A stretch of DNA of 64,000 nt. Source: a virus. Taxonomy: Duplodnaviria > Caudoviricetes. Below are positions 49,973 to 60,826 of this stretch, piece after piece; within the stretch, counting starts at the first letter, position 1; every line of letters begins with the position of its first letter. The DNA lies in the IMG/VR virus record IMGVR_UViG_3300033145_001841, positions 240 through 64,239 of that record; one strand, written 5' to 3'. The notes under the pieces were generated by a model that saw only the letters and a list, made by a program, of their open reading frames with translations, ran no database searches and was not told the DNA's origin. The position numbers and the translations under genes are program-made.

Positions 49973-50539
49973 ATGGCGATTGATAAACAGAAGGCGTGGA
50001 AGCTATATCCGACTGTTGGTGTAATTGACGGCAGACAGGTTATGCGTTGGGGTCCTGCCTCTAAATGTGACGAAAACTGTCCTTTATTTAAATTGTGTTC
50101 ATACTCGAAAAAGGGAAGTTGTTCTATTGAGAAGCATTATATGAACGCCATTTTTGACATGCTGATAACTTCTGATTCTAAGCGGGGAATTTTCGACAAG
50201 CTTGATGATATTGAGCTATGGCGTGTTGGATTTCATCTTATTCCTTTGTATCACCAGCTGATTCGAATGAAAAAAGTAGCATATGCAGTTGAGCAGATTG
50301 CCAAAACCGACAAAAAAGGGGTGCTCAAAATCCACCCGGTGTTCTCTGAGATAAGGGCCATTATCAAGGATGTCGCAAAAGAGATCCGGGATTTAAGGTT
50401 GAACGAAAAATGGGCCGAGAAATTCGGGGGGGAAGGGGGCGGACCGAGACCGGGTCCGAGCATGGAAGAAATGATGGAAAATGGGGACCCGAACTATTAC
50501 GATGAAATGGCTGGAACGAAAACACCAAAAGGAGAATAA
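49973..50539 (+). CDS. putative terminase small subunit
   Basis: First gene of the late cluster; KKGVLKIHPVFSEIR resembles P27-type TerS. Confidence 0.5.
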   Translation: MAIDKQKAWKLYPTVGVIDGRQVMRWGPASKCDENCPLFKLCSYSKKGSCSIEKHYMNAIFDMLITSDSKRGIFDKLDDIELWRVGFHLIPLYHQLIRMKKVAYAVEQIAKTDKKGVLKIHPVFSEIRAIIKDVAKEIRDLRLNEKWAEKFGGEGGGPRPGPSMEEMMENGDPNYYDEMAGTKTPKGE

Positions 50540-50541
50540 CC

Positions 50542-51000
50542 ATGGCAGGAGAAAACAGTATCCCGGATGTACCCTATATAATGCCGGGCGAAGCGATGCT
50601 ATCTGTAACGAGCGACAACGTGATGGCAGAGAAAGTCAAAGCATACGTGGGCGCGGTAGACCTATTCTATGGCTACATGGATCCAGAGTTTGCAAGACGA
50701 GTCAAGAAGCATGGTCTCAACCAGAAGGAAGTGAAAACCCTCGGCAAAAAGGTTGGAGAAGTGGGACTGCACATTTCGCTGTTCGGGAGCACAGAGGTCG
50801 TCAAGAAATATAGCACACACCGGCTGCTTTCCCAAGGAGGCGGTGATCCGATCCCCGTCGTGGACTCTTTCATAGAGACTATCATTGCCATGAGGCGGGA
50901 TTTGTTGGGGGATGGTGCCGGAGACATTTCAACGGATGAGATTTTAAGCACGTTTCTGGTGCTTGAGGAGATGGCGGATGAGCAAAATTCCGTCACATAG
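50542..51000 (+). CDS. hypothetical protein
   Basis: AGGAG RBS; in the late operon. Confidence 0.55.
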   Translation: MAGENSIPDVPYIMPGEAMLSVTSDNVMAEKVKAYVGAVDLFYGYMDPEFARRVKKHGLNQKEVKTLGKKVGEVGLHISLFGSTEVVKKYSTHRLLSQGGGDPIPVVDSFIETIIAMRRDLLGDGAGDISTDEILSTFLVLEEMADEQNSVT

Positions 51001-51419
51001 CGAAAGCAAACTACGGTGTGGGAATGCGTCGCGTGAGAAGGAGGCCAACATTGTCTTTGATGAGGCTAAAGAACGGTTCATCCACTGGATGGCATCCAAG
51101 CCCACCGGAAAATTCGGCATTACAATTCCCGTCCATCAGGGCGGAATCAGGAAGCACAGGTTCTTTGTGGAGGAAGATGGAAGATAAGGCAAAGATTATT
51201 ACAGCGATGGCACGGGGTGCGCAAGCCGTGAGATCAGCAACCGAAGCATTCGAAAGGCTGCAAAAGGCATTCTCGGATACTTCAGATAGATTCACTGAAT
51301 ATTTTAAGAACATAAACATCCGGATACAGTAAAGCCCCTGGGGTTCCAGGGATACACTTCAGCCCGGGTTCTGCAATGCGTCTTACGGCGTGTTCGCAGG
51401 CCCGGGCTTTTTTATGACA

Positions 51420-53270
51420 ATGGCTGATTTTAAAAAATACAGAAACGGTGGCGAAGGCTTCATCTCGTGGGTCGAAGAGAATGTCAATTTCTTGGTCGCG
51501 CCCGATGGCAGCGATGTCAAGGTATGGATGTCAGTTGAAGAGCTCCCGGTCGGCTTCAAAGAGCAGTGGAAGCGGCAGCAGGAGGCCCTCATCATCCCCG
51601 CCTTGGAGATGACGAACGGGGAATTTCTGTATCGCCTTATCATTATGATGTGGCCCAGAGGTGAAGGGAAGTCCGTTTTAGCGAAGCTCATTACCTTATG
51701 GCGGTTTTTCAACTTCACGAACGTGGCGCTTATCCTTGGCGCCAACAGCCTTGGGCAGGTCCGGTTTCATCATTTTGAAGAGATGATAAACACCATTGCA
51801 CGTAGCCCGAACTTGTTGGCCCAGATAGGCAAGAAGAATCTGAAGCAAAAACAAATTGAAATCCGCGACGGCATGGGGAACGTGGTGTCTTTTATCAGGC
51901 CCGTATCGTCATTTAGCGGGATCTATAGCGGGTGTTCCGGGTACGTTTTTAACGAATTCCATCAGGCCATCAACTTTAAATTCTTCACTGAAATCGACAG
52001 TTCGATGCGTGGGGTGAAGAATGGGCTTGGCGTGATCGATACGACGGTTTCGACCAAGAGCCATATCCTCTACCGGCTTTATAAAACATGGAAAAAGAAA
52101 ACCGACCCATTCCTTTTTTATTCGTATAGAAGCACGGAAGGAAAGTCTTCAGAGTTTTGGAATCCGTCCATCACCCAGCCATACTTGGATTCTCAAAAAG
52201 AAAGGCTCCCGTTTGGGGAATTCGGTCGATTCTTTGAGAACAAATGGTCTGCCGGCGCCGAGCGGATATTCACGGACGAAATGATTGAGGCGACCAATTA
52301 CCTGGGGGTCGACAATCAGTTGAACGTCCACCCCGCTCTAATGGAGATCCTGACCAAAAAGAATAAACTCATCGAGAGTGAAGAGAAGATGATCCGCAGG
52401 GCCGGGGACCCGGAGCTGGACGAATACAAAGCCCCCTCAATCTTGGCGCAACTGGAAGTCAAGCACGCGCACCAATTCGAGGAAATCGACAGCAGACTGT
52501 GGCCGGTGTCCGATATTTACGAACTTCGGGATGAAGCGACGGGTCAACCCGACATGGCCACCATTCAAGACCTTGAAAGGCTCTCCGATCTGTATGACAC
52601 CAATTGGGCTATCCTGGCCGGGATGGATCGCGCTGACCCGATGAAGACCACCACCGCGGCCCGCACCATCGTTTCATGCGTTGCGAAAGGGTTGGCCGGC
52701 AGCCGAAGCAACCCCTTCCCTGTGGACGAGAAAGACGCTCCCCGATACCTGTACGTCCTGCTCCACCTGGCTGATGTAGAGGACCACTCCATTGAAGTTG
52801 TCCAGGACATCCTGATCCGCATCAAGCAGGAGTTCGACAGTATCGATGCTTTCGGCACGGAGCGGTGGGGGGCCGTTGACTTGGTGAACTGGTGCAACGC
52901 GGAGGATATCCTCCCGGTCATCTACTATCCGACTTATTCGCGGCAGCGGACCATGTTCACGGAATTATTCCTTGCCTTCAAGAATGGCCGGTTTAAAACA
53001 CCACCGGTGTTGGTCAGGGGAAATAAAGAGGACGATATTCTGCAAGAGGAAGCGAAGGTGTTTGATCACAACCCGGCCGCCACAAAGGGTAAATTCGGAA
53101 GCCCGGAGAAGGGTGAAAAGTATGGCCGGCAGGACGATGCCATGTTCTCTATTGGAAGCGCCGTTTATGGCGGACTGACCCTTGGCGTCGAGTCATTCCG
53201 GGAGAGGCAGAGCGCCGCGCAATTCGGGTTTGTTTTTCAGGGAAAAGGGCTTTTTGGGGATTATCGTTAA
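51420..53270 (+). CDS. terL: terminase large subunit
   Basis: PRGEGKS Walker A, VFNEFH Walker B variant, and nuclease acidic motifs AGMDRA and QDDAMFS. Confidence 0.85.
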   Translation: MADFKKYRNGGEGFISWVEENVNFLVAPDGSDVKVWMSVEELPVGFKEQWKRQQEALIIPALEMTNGEFLYRLIIMMWPRGEGKSVLAKLITLWRFFNFTNVALILGANSLGQVRFHHFEEMINTIARSPNLLAQIGKKNLKQKQIEIRDGMGNVVSFIRPVSSFSGIYSGCSGYVFNEFHQAINFKFFTEIDSSMRGVKNGLGVIDTTVSTKSHILYRLYKTWKKKTDPFLFYSYRSTEGKSSEFWNPSITQPYLDSQKERLPFGEFGRFFENKWSAGAERIFTDEMIEATNYLGVDNQLNVHPALMEILTKKNKLIESEEKMIRRAGDPELDEYKAPSILAQLEVKHAHQFEEIDSRLWPVSDIYELRDEATGQPDMATIQDLERLSDLYDTNWAILAGMDRADPMKTTTAARTIVSCVAKGLAGSRSNPFPVDEKDAPRYLYVLLHLADVEDHSIEVVQDILIRIKQEFDSIDAFGTERWGAVDLVNWCNAEDILPVIYYPTYSRQRTMFTELFLAFKNGRFKTPPVLVRGNKEDDILQEEAKVFDHNPAATKGKFGSPEKGEKYGRQDDAMFSIGSAVYGGLTLGVESFRERQSAAQFGFVFQGKGLFGDYR

Positions 53271-53315
53271 AAAAAGCTTGACAATGTTAATTAACAGGTG
53301 TTAAGGGTGTTTAAC

Positions 53316-53489
53316 ATGGTAGCAAAAGTGCAACCCTATGAAGACGGCATTAAGTATTTCGATGGAAAAAACAAGATATGCTGCATCCGGTGTAGAGGAG
53401 TTCTTTTCTACGCGGTGGCGTCATTTGTCGGTAAAAATCACGGGATAACCATAAAATGTAAGAAATGCGGATGTAAAAATAGTTTTTAA
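53316..53489 (+). CDS. Com-like zinc-ribbon regulator
   Basis: CIRC..LF...IKCKKCGCKN followed by AGAGCGC...AGCGCC. Confidence 0.6.
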   Translation: MVAKVQPYEDGIKYFDGKNKICCIRCRGVLFYAVASFVGKNHGITIKCKKCGCKNSF

Positions 53490-53614
53490 GAGCGCTTCAA
53501 GCGCCACATAAAGCCTTCCACTAAGAGAGCTTTTCAAAAGCCTGGATGGGATTCAGCTTCACCACTGAAATCCTGTTCGGGCTTTTTTCGTTTTAAACCG
53601 GGGTTTTCGAACGC

Positions 53615-55252
53615 ATGGCCGAACCTGAACACAAATTGTCCATCGATGACATTCCGGAAGAGCACCTGGAGGTGTTTCTGCGGGAGTTCCCCCAGCTCTC
53701 CATGAGCACCCCGTGGCAATACGACCAAGGCGGGTACCTGGGCTCCGGGTCCAATAGAACCGATGCGGACGGGTTTTCGCCGGACGGCGGTTCAGATAGG
53801 AGCGACCCCGGGACGACCAGGAATACCCTCCAGCTAGAGTGTTGGAAGAAATACCACCGCACCCCGCAGGTCAACACGGCGCTTCGAGGTCAGACCGGAC
53901 GGTTGGCCGGATTCGGGTTCGAAACAACCTCTGATATTCCCGAAATCCATGATGCCGTCGAGGAGATTGAACTCGACCCGAGGAACCGCCTTTACAACTT
54001 CTGGCCGAAGTACGTCGCCCGGTCGTTTATCGAAGGAGAGTTAAGGATCTGCTGCACGGTCCATGGGGACGGGTTCATTGAAGTGGATTTTGTGGATCCT
54101 TCCGTTGTTCAGTCCCCATCGGTTGACAGCGGAATTATCTACCACCCACGAAAAACGACCATGCCGCTGATCTACTGTATCAAGCAGGACGGAGACGAAG
54201 AGGAGGAGCATATCCCCTCTATCTTCATTGCCCGGTACCCGGAATTGATGAGCATCGCCAAGGGGCAACCCGGCTATTCGGCAGACAAGCTCAAGAACAG
54301 CCGGCGCCAGAGCTTCAAAAACCTGGGCGGTTTTTTTCGTTTCATTATCGAGTGGGACAAATCGACCATCACTCAGCGGAATGTCGGGCATGTCCGCACC
54401 ATCCTTGAGTGGCTCAACCTATGGGAGAACCTCAAAAAATACGAAATCGATCACAAGAAATCAGCCGGCGCATATGTCTGGGAACATCAGTTCACGACCT
54501 TTAAAGGGTGGATTACCTGGTTGAAGATGTCAGAGGAGGAGCGGGCAAAGACGGGGATTGCCGGACCCAAAACGCCCGGAACCTCCCTCGTCACCGGCCC
54601 GGATTTAAAAACGCATGTCCATAACCCCAACCTGCCGAACATTTCGGGTTCCGATACCGACATCATGGCCCAGGTTACCAGTGGCCTGAATGAATCCGAG
54701 GACGTGACGACCGGGAGCCTGAACTCCACATTCGCATCGGCAAACGCCAGCCGGGGTCCCATGAGCGACCGAACGAGCGATGAGGTCGCCTATTTCGAGC
54801 GGTTCCTTCGGCACGACTTTTGGTCTGGGATCTTCTTCCTCAAAAGCCAGGTAAGCGACTTCCCGGAGACCTTCACGGTCAAGGAAGCGGTCGGATTTAA
54901 AGACCAGAAGACGATATTCGAAAAGAGGGATAAGCGCCCTGAGCACAAAAAGCTTTTAGAAATCAACTTCCCCATGAGCGAAACGACCGATGCCGAGTCC
55001 AGGGCCCGGGCGTTTTTTGGATCCAAACACGCATCTCTTCACGATACGGCCGGTATACCGATGTCCAAGCTCACAGAGAAGATGGGTTTCGGAAATTATC
55101 GGAAACTGAGGCTTAAATACGAGGAGGAAAAGGAACAATACCCGGATCTGCCCCTGACGCTTGATGCTGAGTCAATGCAGGAGAAGAAGCAGGCGGAGCC
55201 GTCGAAGAACGAATTAAAGGAGAAGAATAGTGGAAAAGATCGTGCTGCATAG
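53615..55252 (+). CDS. portal protein
   Basis: 545 aa between TerL and the head protease; RSFIEGE and STFASA motifs. Confidence 0.75.
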   Translation: MAEPEHKLSIDDIPEEHLEVFLREFPQLSMSTPWQYDQGGYLGSGSNRTDADGFSPDGGSDRSDPGTTRNTLQLECWKKYHRTPQVNTALRGQTGRLAGFGFETTSDIPEIHDAVEEIELDPRNRLYNFWPKYVARSFIEGELRICCTVHGDGFIEVDFVDPSVVQSPSVDSGIIYHPRKTTMPLIYCIKQDGDEEEEHIPSIFIARYPELMSIAKGQPGYSADKLKNSRRQSFKNLGGFFRFIIEWDKSTITQRNVGHVRTILEWLNLWENLKKYEIDHKKSAGAYVWEHQFTTFKGWITWLKMSEEERAKTGIAGPKTPGTSLVTGPDLKTHVHNPNLPNISGSDTDIMAQVTSGLNESEDVTTGSLNSTFASANASRGPMSDRTSDEVAYFERFLRHDFWSGIFFLKSQVSDFPETFTVKEAVGFKDQKTIFEKRDKRPEHKKLLEINFPMSETTDAESRARAFFGSKHASLHDTAGIPMSKLTEKMGFGNYRKLRLKYEEEKEQYPDLPLTLDAESMQEKKQAEPSKNELKEKNSGKDRAA

Positions 55253-56672
55253 GCTGGCAAGAGACGTTTTCAACACACCGCTGATGATCCTGCCGGAAAA
55301 GCTGGATGTAATCCTGAGCGTTATTGGCGACCGAATCGGCTTCGACCACATGATCGACCCCGACACCGGCACTGATCTGATGTCAAGGTCTTCAAAGAAC
55401 CGTGGGGTTGTAGAAAGTTCATCCCGGATATCGGTCATCCCGATTCAAGGGTCTCTCGTCAACCGGACCTACGGGTTAAGCCCTGATTCCATGCTGCAAA
55501 CCTATGACGATATCAGAAATGACTTTAACGCGGCATTGGATTCGGATTCCGAAGCGATCCTTTTCGACATCAACAGCCCGGGCGGAACGGCTTCAGGCGT
55601 GTTTGACCTGGTAGACGAGATTTACGAAGCCAGGGGTGAAAAACCAATCTACGCCATGGCAAACGAGGCTGCATACTCTGCCGCTTTCGCCATCGGATCC
55701 GCCGCTGACAAAATCTTCCTGTCTCGAACTGCGCATGTCGGTTCAATCGGCGTGATCGGAAAACATAAAGACGAAAGCGCTGCGAACGAAAAAGCCGGCA
55801 TTAAATACACCACCGTTTTCAAGGGCGCGAGAAAGGCTGATTTCAGCGCTGACGCACCGTTATCCGATGAAGCGAAGGCCGTACTGGACGAGGAATGCGG
55901 TGACGTTTTCGACATATTCACGAAAACCGTTGCGCGAAACCTGGATATGCCGAGAGCCCAGGTCATTGCAACGGAAGCAGGGATTTTTATGGGCGACAAG
56001 GCGGTCCTCAAAGGGCTCGCACACGAAGTAATCGCGGCCAAGGACGTCCAAGCAAAAATCTTGGCCGAGTTGGATGCAAACCCGAACAAGGAGGAGGGCA
56101 CCGAAATGGCTGAAAAGAAGCAAGACCCGAAATTGGAAATAAAGGAGGTGAAGATCATGAACGCACAGGAGTTGAGAGAGAAACACCCTGAACTCGTTGC
56201 TGAAATCGAAAGTTCGCTTGAGCAGAAGCTTGCTACGAAGTTTGACGGTGAGAAAACGGCAATGGCCACGGAAAACAGCACCCTTAAAGATTCCGTGTTG
56301 AAGCTAGAGAAGTTCGAAGCGATCCGGCAGGTGAGGGAGGTCAAAACCGATGCCGATGGTATTTGGACCAGTGCGCTGGCCGGGAGCGACATCCCCGATA
56401 GGCTGCACAACAAGGTCAAGGTCCAGGTGTCCCACGAGAAGTTCGTCGAGGACGGCATTCTGGACCGGGACGGTTTTTCAGCAGCGGTTAAGACAGAGGT
56501 AGAAGACTGGGAAACCCGTGGCGCCACGTCGCAGGTCATGGGAACCGGTTTCTCTTCAAAAGGTGTTGAAGATGAAGAGGCCACGAAACTTCAAAAGGAA
56601 GAGGCGGATGATGATGCTCTGGCAGAAGAGATATTTGCCGCTTCAGGTGGAACAAGAGAGGAGGTGAAATAA
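55230..56672 (+). CDS. S49 head maturation protease with scaffold C-terminus
   Basis: DINSPGG, AYSAAFAIGSAAD and VGSIGV motifs; acidic coiled C-terminus. Confidence 0.92.
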   Translation: MEKIVLHRLARDVFNTPLMILPEKLDVILSVIGDRIGFDHMIDPDTGTDLMSRSSKNRGVVESSSRISVIPIQGSLVNRTYGLSPDSMLQTYDDIRNDFNAALDSDSEAILFDINSPGGTASGVFDLVDEIYEARGEKPIYAMANEAAYSAAFAIGSAADKIFLSRTAHVGSIGVIGKHKDESAANEKAGIKYTTVFKGARKADFSADAPLSDEAKAVLDEECGDVFDIFTKTVARNLDMPRAQVIATEAGIFMGDKAVLKGLAHEVIAAKDVQAKILAELDANPNKEEGTEMAEKKQDPKLEIKEVKIMNAQELREKHPELVAEIESSLEQKLATKFDGEKTAMATENSTLKDSVLKLEKFEAIRQVREVKTDADGIWTSALAGSDIPDRLHNKVKVQVSHEKFVEDGILDRDGFSAAVKTEVEDWETRGATSQVMGTGFSSKGVEDEEATKLQKEEADDDALAEEIFAASGGTREEVK

Positions 56673-56673
56673 C

Positions 56674-57360
56674 ATGCCGTTAGGACAAACTCCATACGTT
56701 TACAAGGGCGGACAGGAGGACCTGAAAAGGCTTTTCTATTCCGACCCTGACAAAGCATTTACAAGGGCGATTACCATCCCCGCAGGTTACGGCGTCGTGA
56801 AAGCCGGGGCGGTTATGGGAATCATCACGGAGAGCACCAACAGGGTGGGGCAGCACGTGCCTTACACCGGGCTTGACGCGGCTGGAAACGTCGCGGCCGG
56901 CATCGAAAACCTGTTCGGGGCCGCTTTTTTAACCGACGACCCGGCAACCGGCAATGATGGTTATGTCACCATGGAGGACAGCTACAAGTTTGCCGTGGGG
57001 GATCATTTGGTAGCGGGCGACAGCGACCTTTCCAATACCGACCTTGGCGCGATTACCGCCATTGACCGGACCACGTACACCCATATTGCGAAGATTACGG
57101 TCACGAACTCATTTGGTTCCGAAACCGTTGCAAAGGGTGCGGTCATTACCATTCAGAGCGCTGCCGCGAGCCCGTATGTGGCCGCGAATGGCATCCTGAA
57201 GACCGCGGTGGACACGGGCGTAGGGGAGAACGCGAAGGGCGGGCAAGGGGTGATCGTCATCAGCAACGCCATGCTCTATTCCTCAGCCCTATACAACTGG
57301 AATTCGGATGTTGTTACCGACCTTGGCGGGTCTGACAGCACCCCGTATTACATCTTTTAA
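56674..57360 (+). CDS. head decoration protein
   Basis: ITIPAGYGVVKAGAVMG...ANGIL; lies between protease and capsid. Confidence 0.7.
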   Translation: MPLGQTPYVYKGGQEDLKRLFYSDPDKAFTRAITIPAGYGVVKAGAVMGIITESTNRVGQHVPYTGLDAAGNVAAGIENLFGAAFLTDDPATGNDGYVTMEDSYKFAVGDHLVAGDSDLSNTDLGAITAIDRTTYTHIAKITVTNSFGSETVAKGAVITIQSAAASPYVAANGILKTAVDTGVGENAKGGQGVIVISNAMLYSSALYNWNSDVVTDLGGSDSTPYYIF

Positions 57361-57384
57361 AAAACTGAAAGGAGGTGAAACGAT

Positions 57385-58611
57385 ATGCCTATAGGAATCA
57401 ATGAAATTCCGGCACTTAGACTCAAAGTGCTGAATAAACTGGTTACGAAATACATGTCTCCGCCCAATCTGATTCTCAAGAAGATGTTCAAGGCTGTGGA
57501 ATACGAGTCCGACATCATCGAATGGGAATCTCAGATCGGAAGCAGGGGATTGACCCCGTTCGCCGCAGAAGATGCGGAGAGCCCGTCCGCCGCCATACCC
57601 GGGGTCGGCGAGAACTCAGCGCACGCTGCGTTCTGGAAAGAACGGACCTTTTTTGGAGCGTCCTTTTTGAACAACATCCGTAAGTCCGGTACCGACCGAA
57701 TGTACCAGAAGGCGAAAAGGACCCTCGGGAACCAGGCCCGGAATCTCAGCAACAGGAGTTTCCGGAGAGAGGAATGGATGCTTGCACAAATGTTGTGCAA
57801 CGACGGGTTCACGTATAAAGACAAAAACGGGGTTTACATTACCCTGGACTACGGAACCCCTGATGCCAACAAGGTATCCCTGGAAGTTGATTACAAGTGG
57901 GATGCTGGAACCAAGCGGAACATCGTTGAGAATATCTTCGATGGGAAGCTTTTGGTCAGCAACGCGAACGCCGGTGTTTTGACGGATTCAATTTGCACCA
58001 CTGAAGTCCTCAAGCTCATGATATTTGACGACACGATCCAGACGCTTTTGCAGAAGTCGGCTTACGGGCAGGGTGACTTGTTCGCCAACCCGACCAATGT
58101 CATCGGCAGCCTGATCGGGATCACAAATATGCACCTGTACGATGAAGCATACCAGATCCGCGCATGGTTGACTTCCGCATTGTCGGCCGGTGCCGGCCCC
58201 CACACCGTATCCATTGATACGACGGTGGACTTTGAGGTGGACGGGACCCTGACCCTCCTGGATACATCCGCCAAAACAACCGAAACCTTAACCATCACGG
58301 CTGTGAACACTAATGCCGGGACCCTTACGGCGACCGGGGCCCTATCGTCTTCTTACAAGGCGACCGAGGACTATGCCTACATGACCAGGAAGTTCATCCC
58401 AACGGATAAGTTCACTATGTGGGCGGGAACTGTTGACGGTGAACCCATTGCGGAATTCATGAAGGCGCCGCACGAACTGGCAAGGAAATGGGGCCAGCAG
58501 ATTGACCGCTGGGAGAAGAAAGACCCCGACGGGATCTTTTTGCGCGTTGAAGATAAGGGCCTTCCGGTTCTTTATCATGAGGACGCTGTTTATCAACTTA
58601 CAGTAAAATGA
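57385..58611 (+). CDS. major capsid protein (lambda gpE-like)
   Basis: LTPF...RREEWMLAQML...LDYG...WEKKDPDG...LPV pattern. Confidence 0.88.
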   Translation: MPIGINEIPALRLKVLNKLVTKYMSPPNLILKKMFKAVEYESDIIEWESQIGSRGLTPFAAEDAESPSAAIPGVGENSAHAAFWKERTFFGASFLNNIRKSGTDRMYQKAKRTLGNQARNLSNRSFRREEWMLAQMLCNDGFTYKDKNGVYITLDYGTPDANKVSLEVDYKWDAGTKRNIVENIFDGKLLVSNANAGVLTDSICTTEVLKLMIFDDTIQTLLQKSAYGQGDLFANPTNVIGSLIGITNMHLYDEAYQIRAWLTSALSAGAGPHTVSIDTTVDFEVDGTLTLLDTSAKTTETLTITAVNTNAGTLTATGALSSSYKATEDYAYMTRKFIPTDKFTMWAGTVDGEPIAEFMKAPHELARKWGQQIDRWEKKDPDGIFLRVEDKGLPVLYHEDAVYQLTVK

Positions 58612-58630
58612 GAAATTTAAGGTAGTTACG

Positions 58631-59443
58631 TTGGATAATCCTGCGGCAGTGATAAAACTTTGTGAATGTGGATGTGGTAGCCCGGCTCCCATAGCAAAAC
58701 GTACCGTCTCAAAGATGGGGTGGAGAAAAGGAGAGCCGAAAAGATTCATCAAAGGGCACGCAATCCATGTTAAACGACTGCCTCCTTTATTTGGGAAAGA
58801 CAACCCAAAATGGAATGGAGGGAAAATAAAGGTGCGTTGCGCACAATGCGGGAAAGAATTTGAAAAAAAGCCCTCGCAAGTAAAAAGGGCTAAGCGCCAC
58901 CTCTGTAGTCCAGAGTGCAATGGTTTATGGAAGTCCGCCAACCTTTCTGGAAGGAACAGCCACTCGTGGAGGGGTGGGGCGGATAAGGTTGTTTGTTGCC
59001 AGTGTGGGAAGGAATTTGAGAAAACGCATGCTTCAATAAGGCAGAGTGAAAAGCATTTTTGTGGTCGAAACTGCCAGTATATTTGGCAGGCCATCAACCA
59101 GAGTGGCGCGAATAACCCAATGTGGAATGGTGGGATATCTCTTGGCATTTATTGCCCAATTTGGACATCTAAAGAGTTCAAGGAATACATTTTTGAACGC
59201 GATGAACATAAATGTCACAACCCGGATTGTTGGGGTACTGGGACATTCTTAACCAGACACCATATTGACTATGACAAGAAAAATTGCGCCCCCACTAACA
59301 TTATTACAGTATGCAATTCCTGCAACGCAAGGGCCAACTCCAACAGGGATTGGCATGAAAACAATTATAAAGCGATTATGGCTGAAATGCTTGAAGGAGA
59401 ACAACCAATGGCTAATTCATTAAATTCAAAAAAAAGGGGGTGA
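58631..59443 (+). CDS. HNH homing endonuclease
   Basis: CECGCG, repeated CAQCGKEF zinc fingers and RHHIDYDKKN...VCNSCN. Confidence 0.85.
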   Translation: MDNPAAVIKLCECGCGSPAPIAKRTVSKMGWRKGEPKRFIKGHAIHVKRLPPLFGKDNPKWNGGKIKVRCAQCGKEFEKKPSQVKRAKRHLCSPECNGLWKSANLSGRNSHSWRGGADKVVCCQCGKEFEKTHASIRQSEKHFCGRNCQYIWQAINQSGANNPMWNGGISLGIYCPIWTSKEFKEYIFERDEHKCHNPDCWGTGTFLTRHHIDYDKKNCAPTNIITVCNSCNARANSNRDWHENNYKAIMAEMLEGEQPMANSLNSKKRG

Positions 59444-59448
59444 TCTGA

Positions 59449-59919
59449 ATGGAGCAAGGAAGAGGACCATTCCCAAGCCCTGCTTTTAAAAAGCAGATTG
59501 CGGCCAATGACCCGTCGCCGATGATCGGGATTTTCTCCGGTGAGATAACCGCCAGCGCTCCCGGCAGGATGCTCGGGGCGGCCAATATCGGCGGTGTGGT
59601 GTCGGACGTGTGGTTGTCGGTTGGCGCCAGCGGGAAGGACGACAGCAACGCGTTGTCTTTGACCGTGGACGTCAAGATCAATGGGACCTCGTGCCTGAGC
59701 ACAAAACCTGTCATTGCTCATGTGAGCGGTGAGGCAAGCACGAATAAGACCACAAAGGTTTCCGGCGACACCGGTATCATACAGCGTGTTTTAGATGCCG
59801 ACAACAACTCCGTGTCCCCGGGGGATGTCATCACGTATGACATAACCCAGGCGCGCACTCCGTCGCCTACAACCGAAATGAGTGCAGTCGCGGTTGTAGT
59901 GGAATTTGAACCCGCTTAA
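59449..59919 (+). CDS. putative virion structural protein
   Basis: Beta-rich, Gly/Ser/Thr-rich; follows the capsid gene. Confidence 0.5.
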   Translation: MEQGRGPFPSPAFKKQIAANDPSPMIGIFSGEITASAPGRMLGAANIGGVVSDVWLSVGASGKDDSNALSLTVDVKINGTSCLSTKPVIAHVSGEASTNKTTKVSGDTGIIQRVLDADNNSVSPGDVITYDITQARTPSPTTEMSAVAVVVEFEPA

Positions 59920-59934
59920 CCATAGGAGCAATCG

Positions 59935-60408
59935 ATGAAAATCGAAATTATTAAGACGCTTAAAGGCGCTACTGTCTGGAAGAAGGGCACAGTGTTTGAC
60001 GATGCTGTCGCCCCGATTCCAGGCAATATTTTAAATGAAGTCCGACACGGCTCAAAGGCTGTTCGGGTGATCTCAGCCGAGAAACCCATTGCTGAGATCG
60101 AAACTGAAATCGAGAACGAAGATACTGTGGCCGAACCCACATCCCCCGCACCTGAAACGGATCGGGCCAGTGAAGTGCCGCAAGAGAATACACCGAAATT
60201 CACCTTTCCGGAGTTGGAAGGGCTGATCGAAAAAAACACATCTGTCAAAGAAGTGGCCGTCCTGTTGGGCGTGTCATACCCGACGGTTCTCAAGTGGCGG
60301 TCGGGGAAAAGCAAGCCGAAAGCAAAAACGCTGAGAAAGATAAGGCGGGAATTCAAGAAGGTGAACGCCGATGACCAGAACAGAACTGATCGCCAAGGTC
60401 CAATCTGA
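59935..60408 (+). CDS. protein with C-terminal HTH
   Basis: VKEVAVLLGVSYPTVLKWRSG. Confidence 0.6.
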   Translation: MKIEIIKTLKGATVWKKGTVFDDAVAPIPGNILNEVRHGSKAVRVISAEKPIAEIETEIENEDTVAEPTSPAPETDRASEVPQENTPKFTFPELEGLIEKNTSVKEVAVLLGVSYPTVLKWRSGKSKPKAKTLRKIRREFKKVNADDQNRTDRQGPI

Positions 60409-60826
60409 AATTAAAGGTCTTTCCGCAAGTCTTTCCACCGATGATTACGGGAACGCCGTGGACGCCGCTGAACGGGATACAGGTTGGTCTTTGCCTCAGA
60501 CTACGGCCTTCAATATAAAATGGCTGATAGAACGATCGAAACGTCATCTGTTTTTCTTTTTGCTTTCCGAATCTGCATCAAAGTTCCGGTTTAAGGCCAT
60601 ATACCTACAGCATAAATTTGAGCATTACCGCAGGCTGGTAGATGACATGGATGAGCGATTTGAAAAAGCGCAGGAAGAGTTCGCTTTGGAATTCGCAGGC
60701 GTTTCAAATTACGAGATTGCCGGGACAAGAATTGACGCCGGGTTTAGCTACGATCCGCTGACCGGAAGAGACACGACTTACGACGAGACCAACAAGGTTT
60801 TAATTCATCCGAATGAGAATTCGTAA
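60371..60826 (+). CDS. putative head-tail adaptor
   Basis: Position and size; MTRTELIAKV start. Confidence 0.45.
   Translation: MTRTELIAKVQSEIKGLSASLSTDDYGNAVDAAERDTGWSLPQTTAFNIKWLIERSKRHLFFFLLSESASKFRFKAIYLQHKFEHYRRLVDDMDERFEKAQEEFALEFAGVSNYEIAGTRIDAGFSYDPLTGRDTTYDETNKVLIHPNENS

Noticed and set aside
55649-56584. 311-aa antisense ORF, and similar ones such as 58342..59148
   Set aside because: Shadow frames of well-supported genes on the opposite strand.
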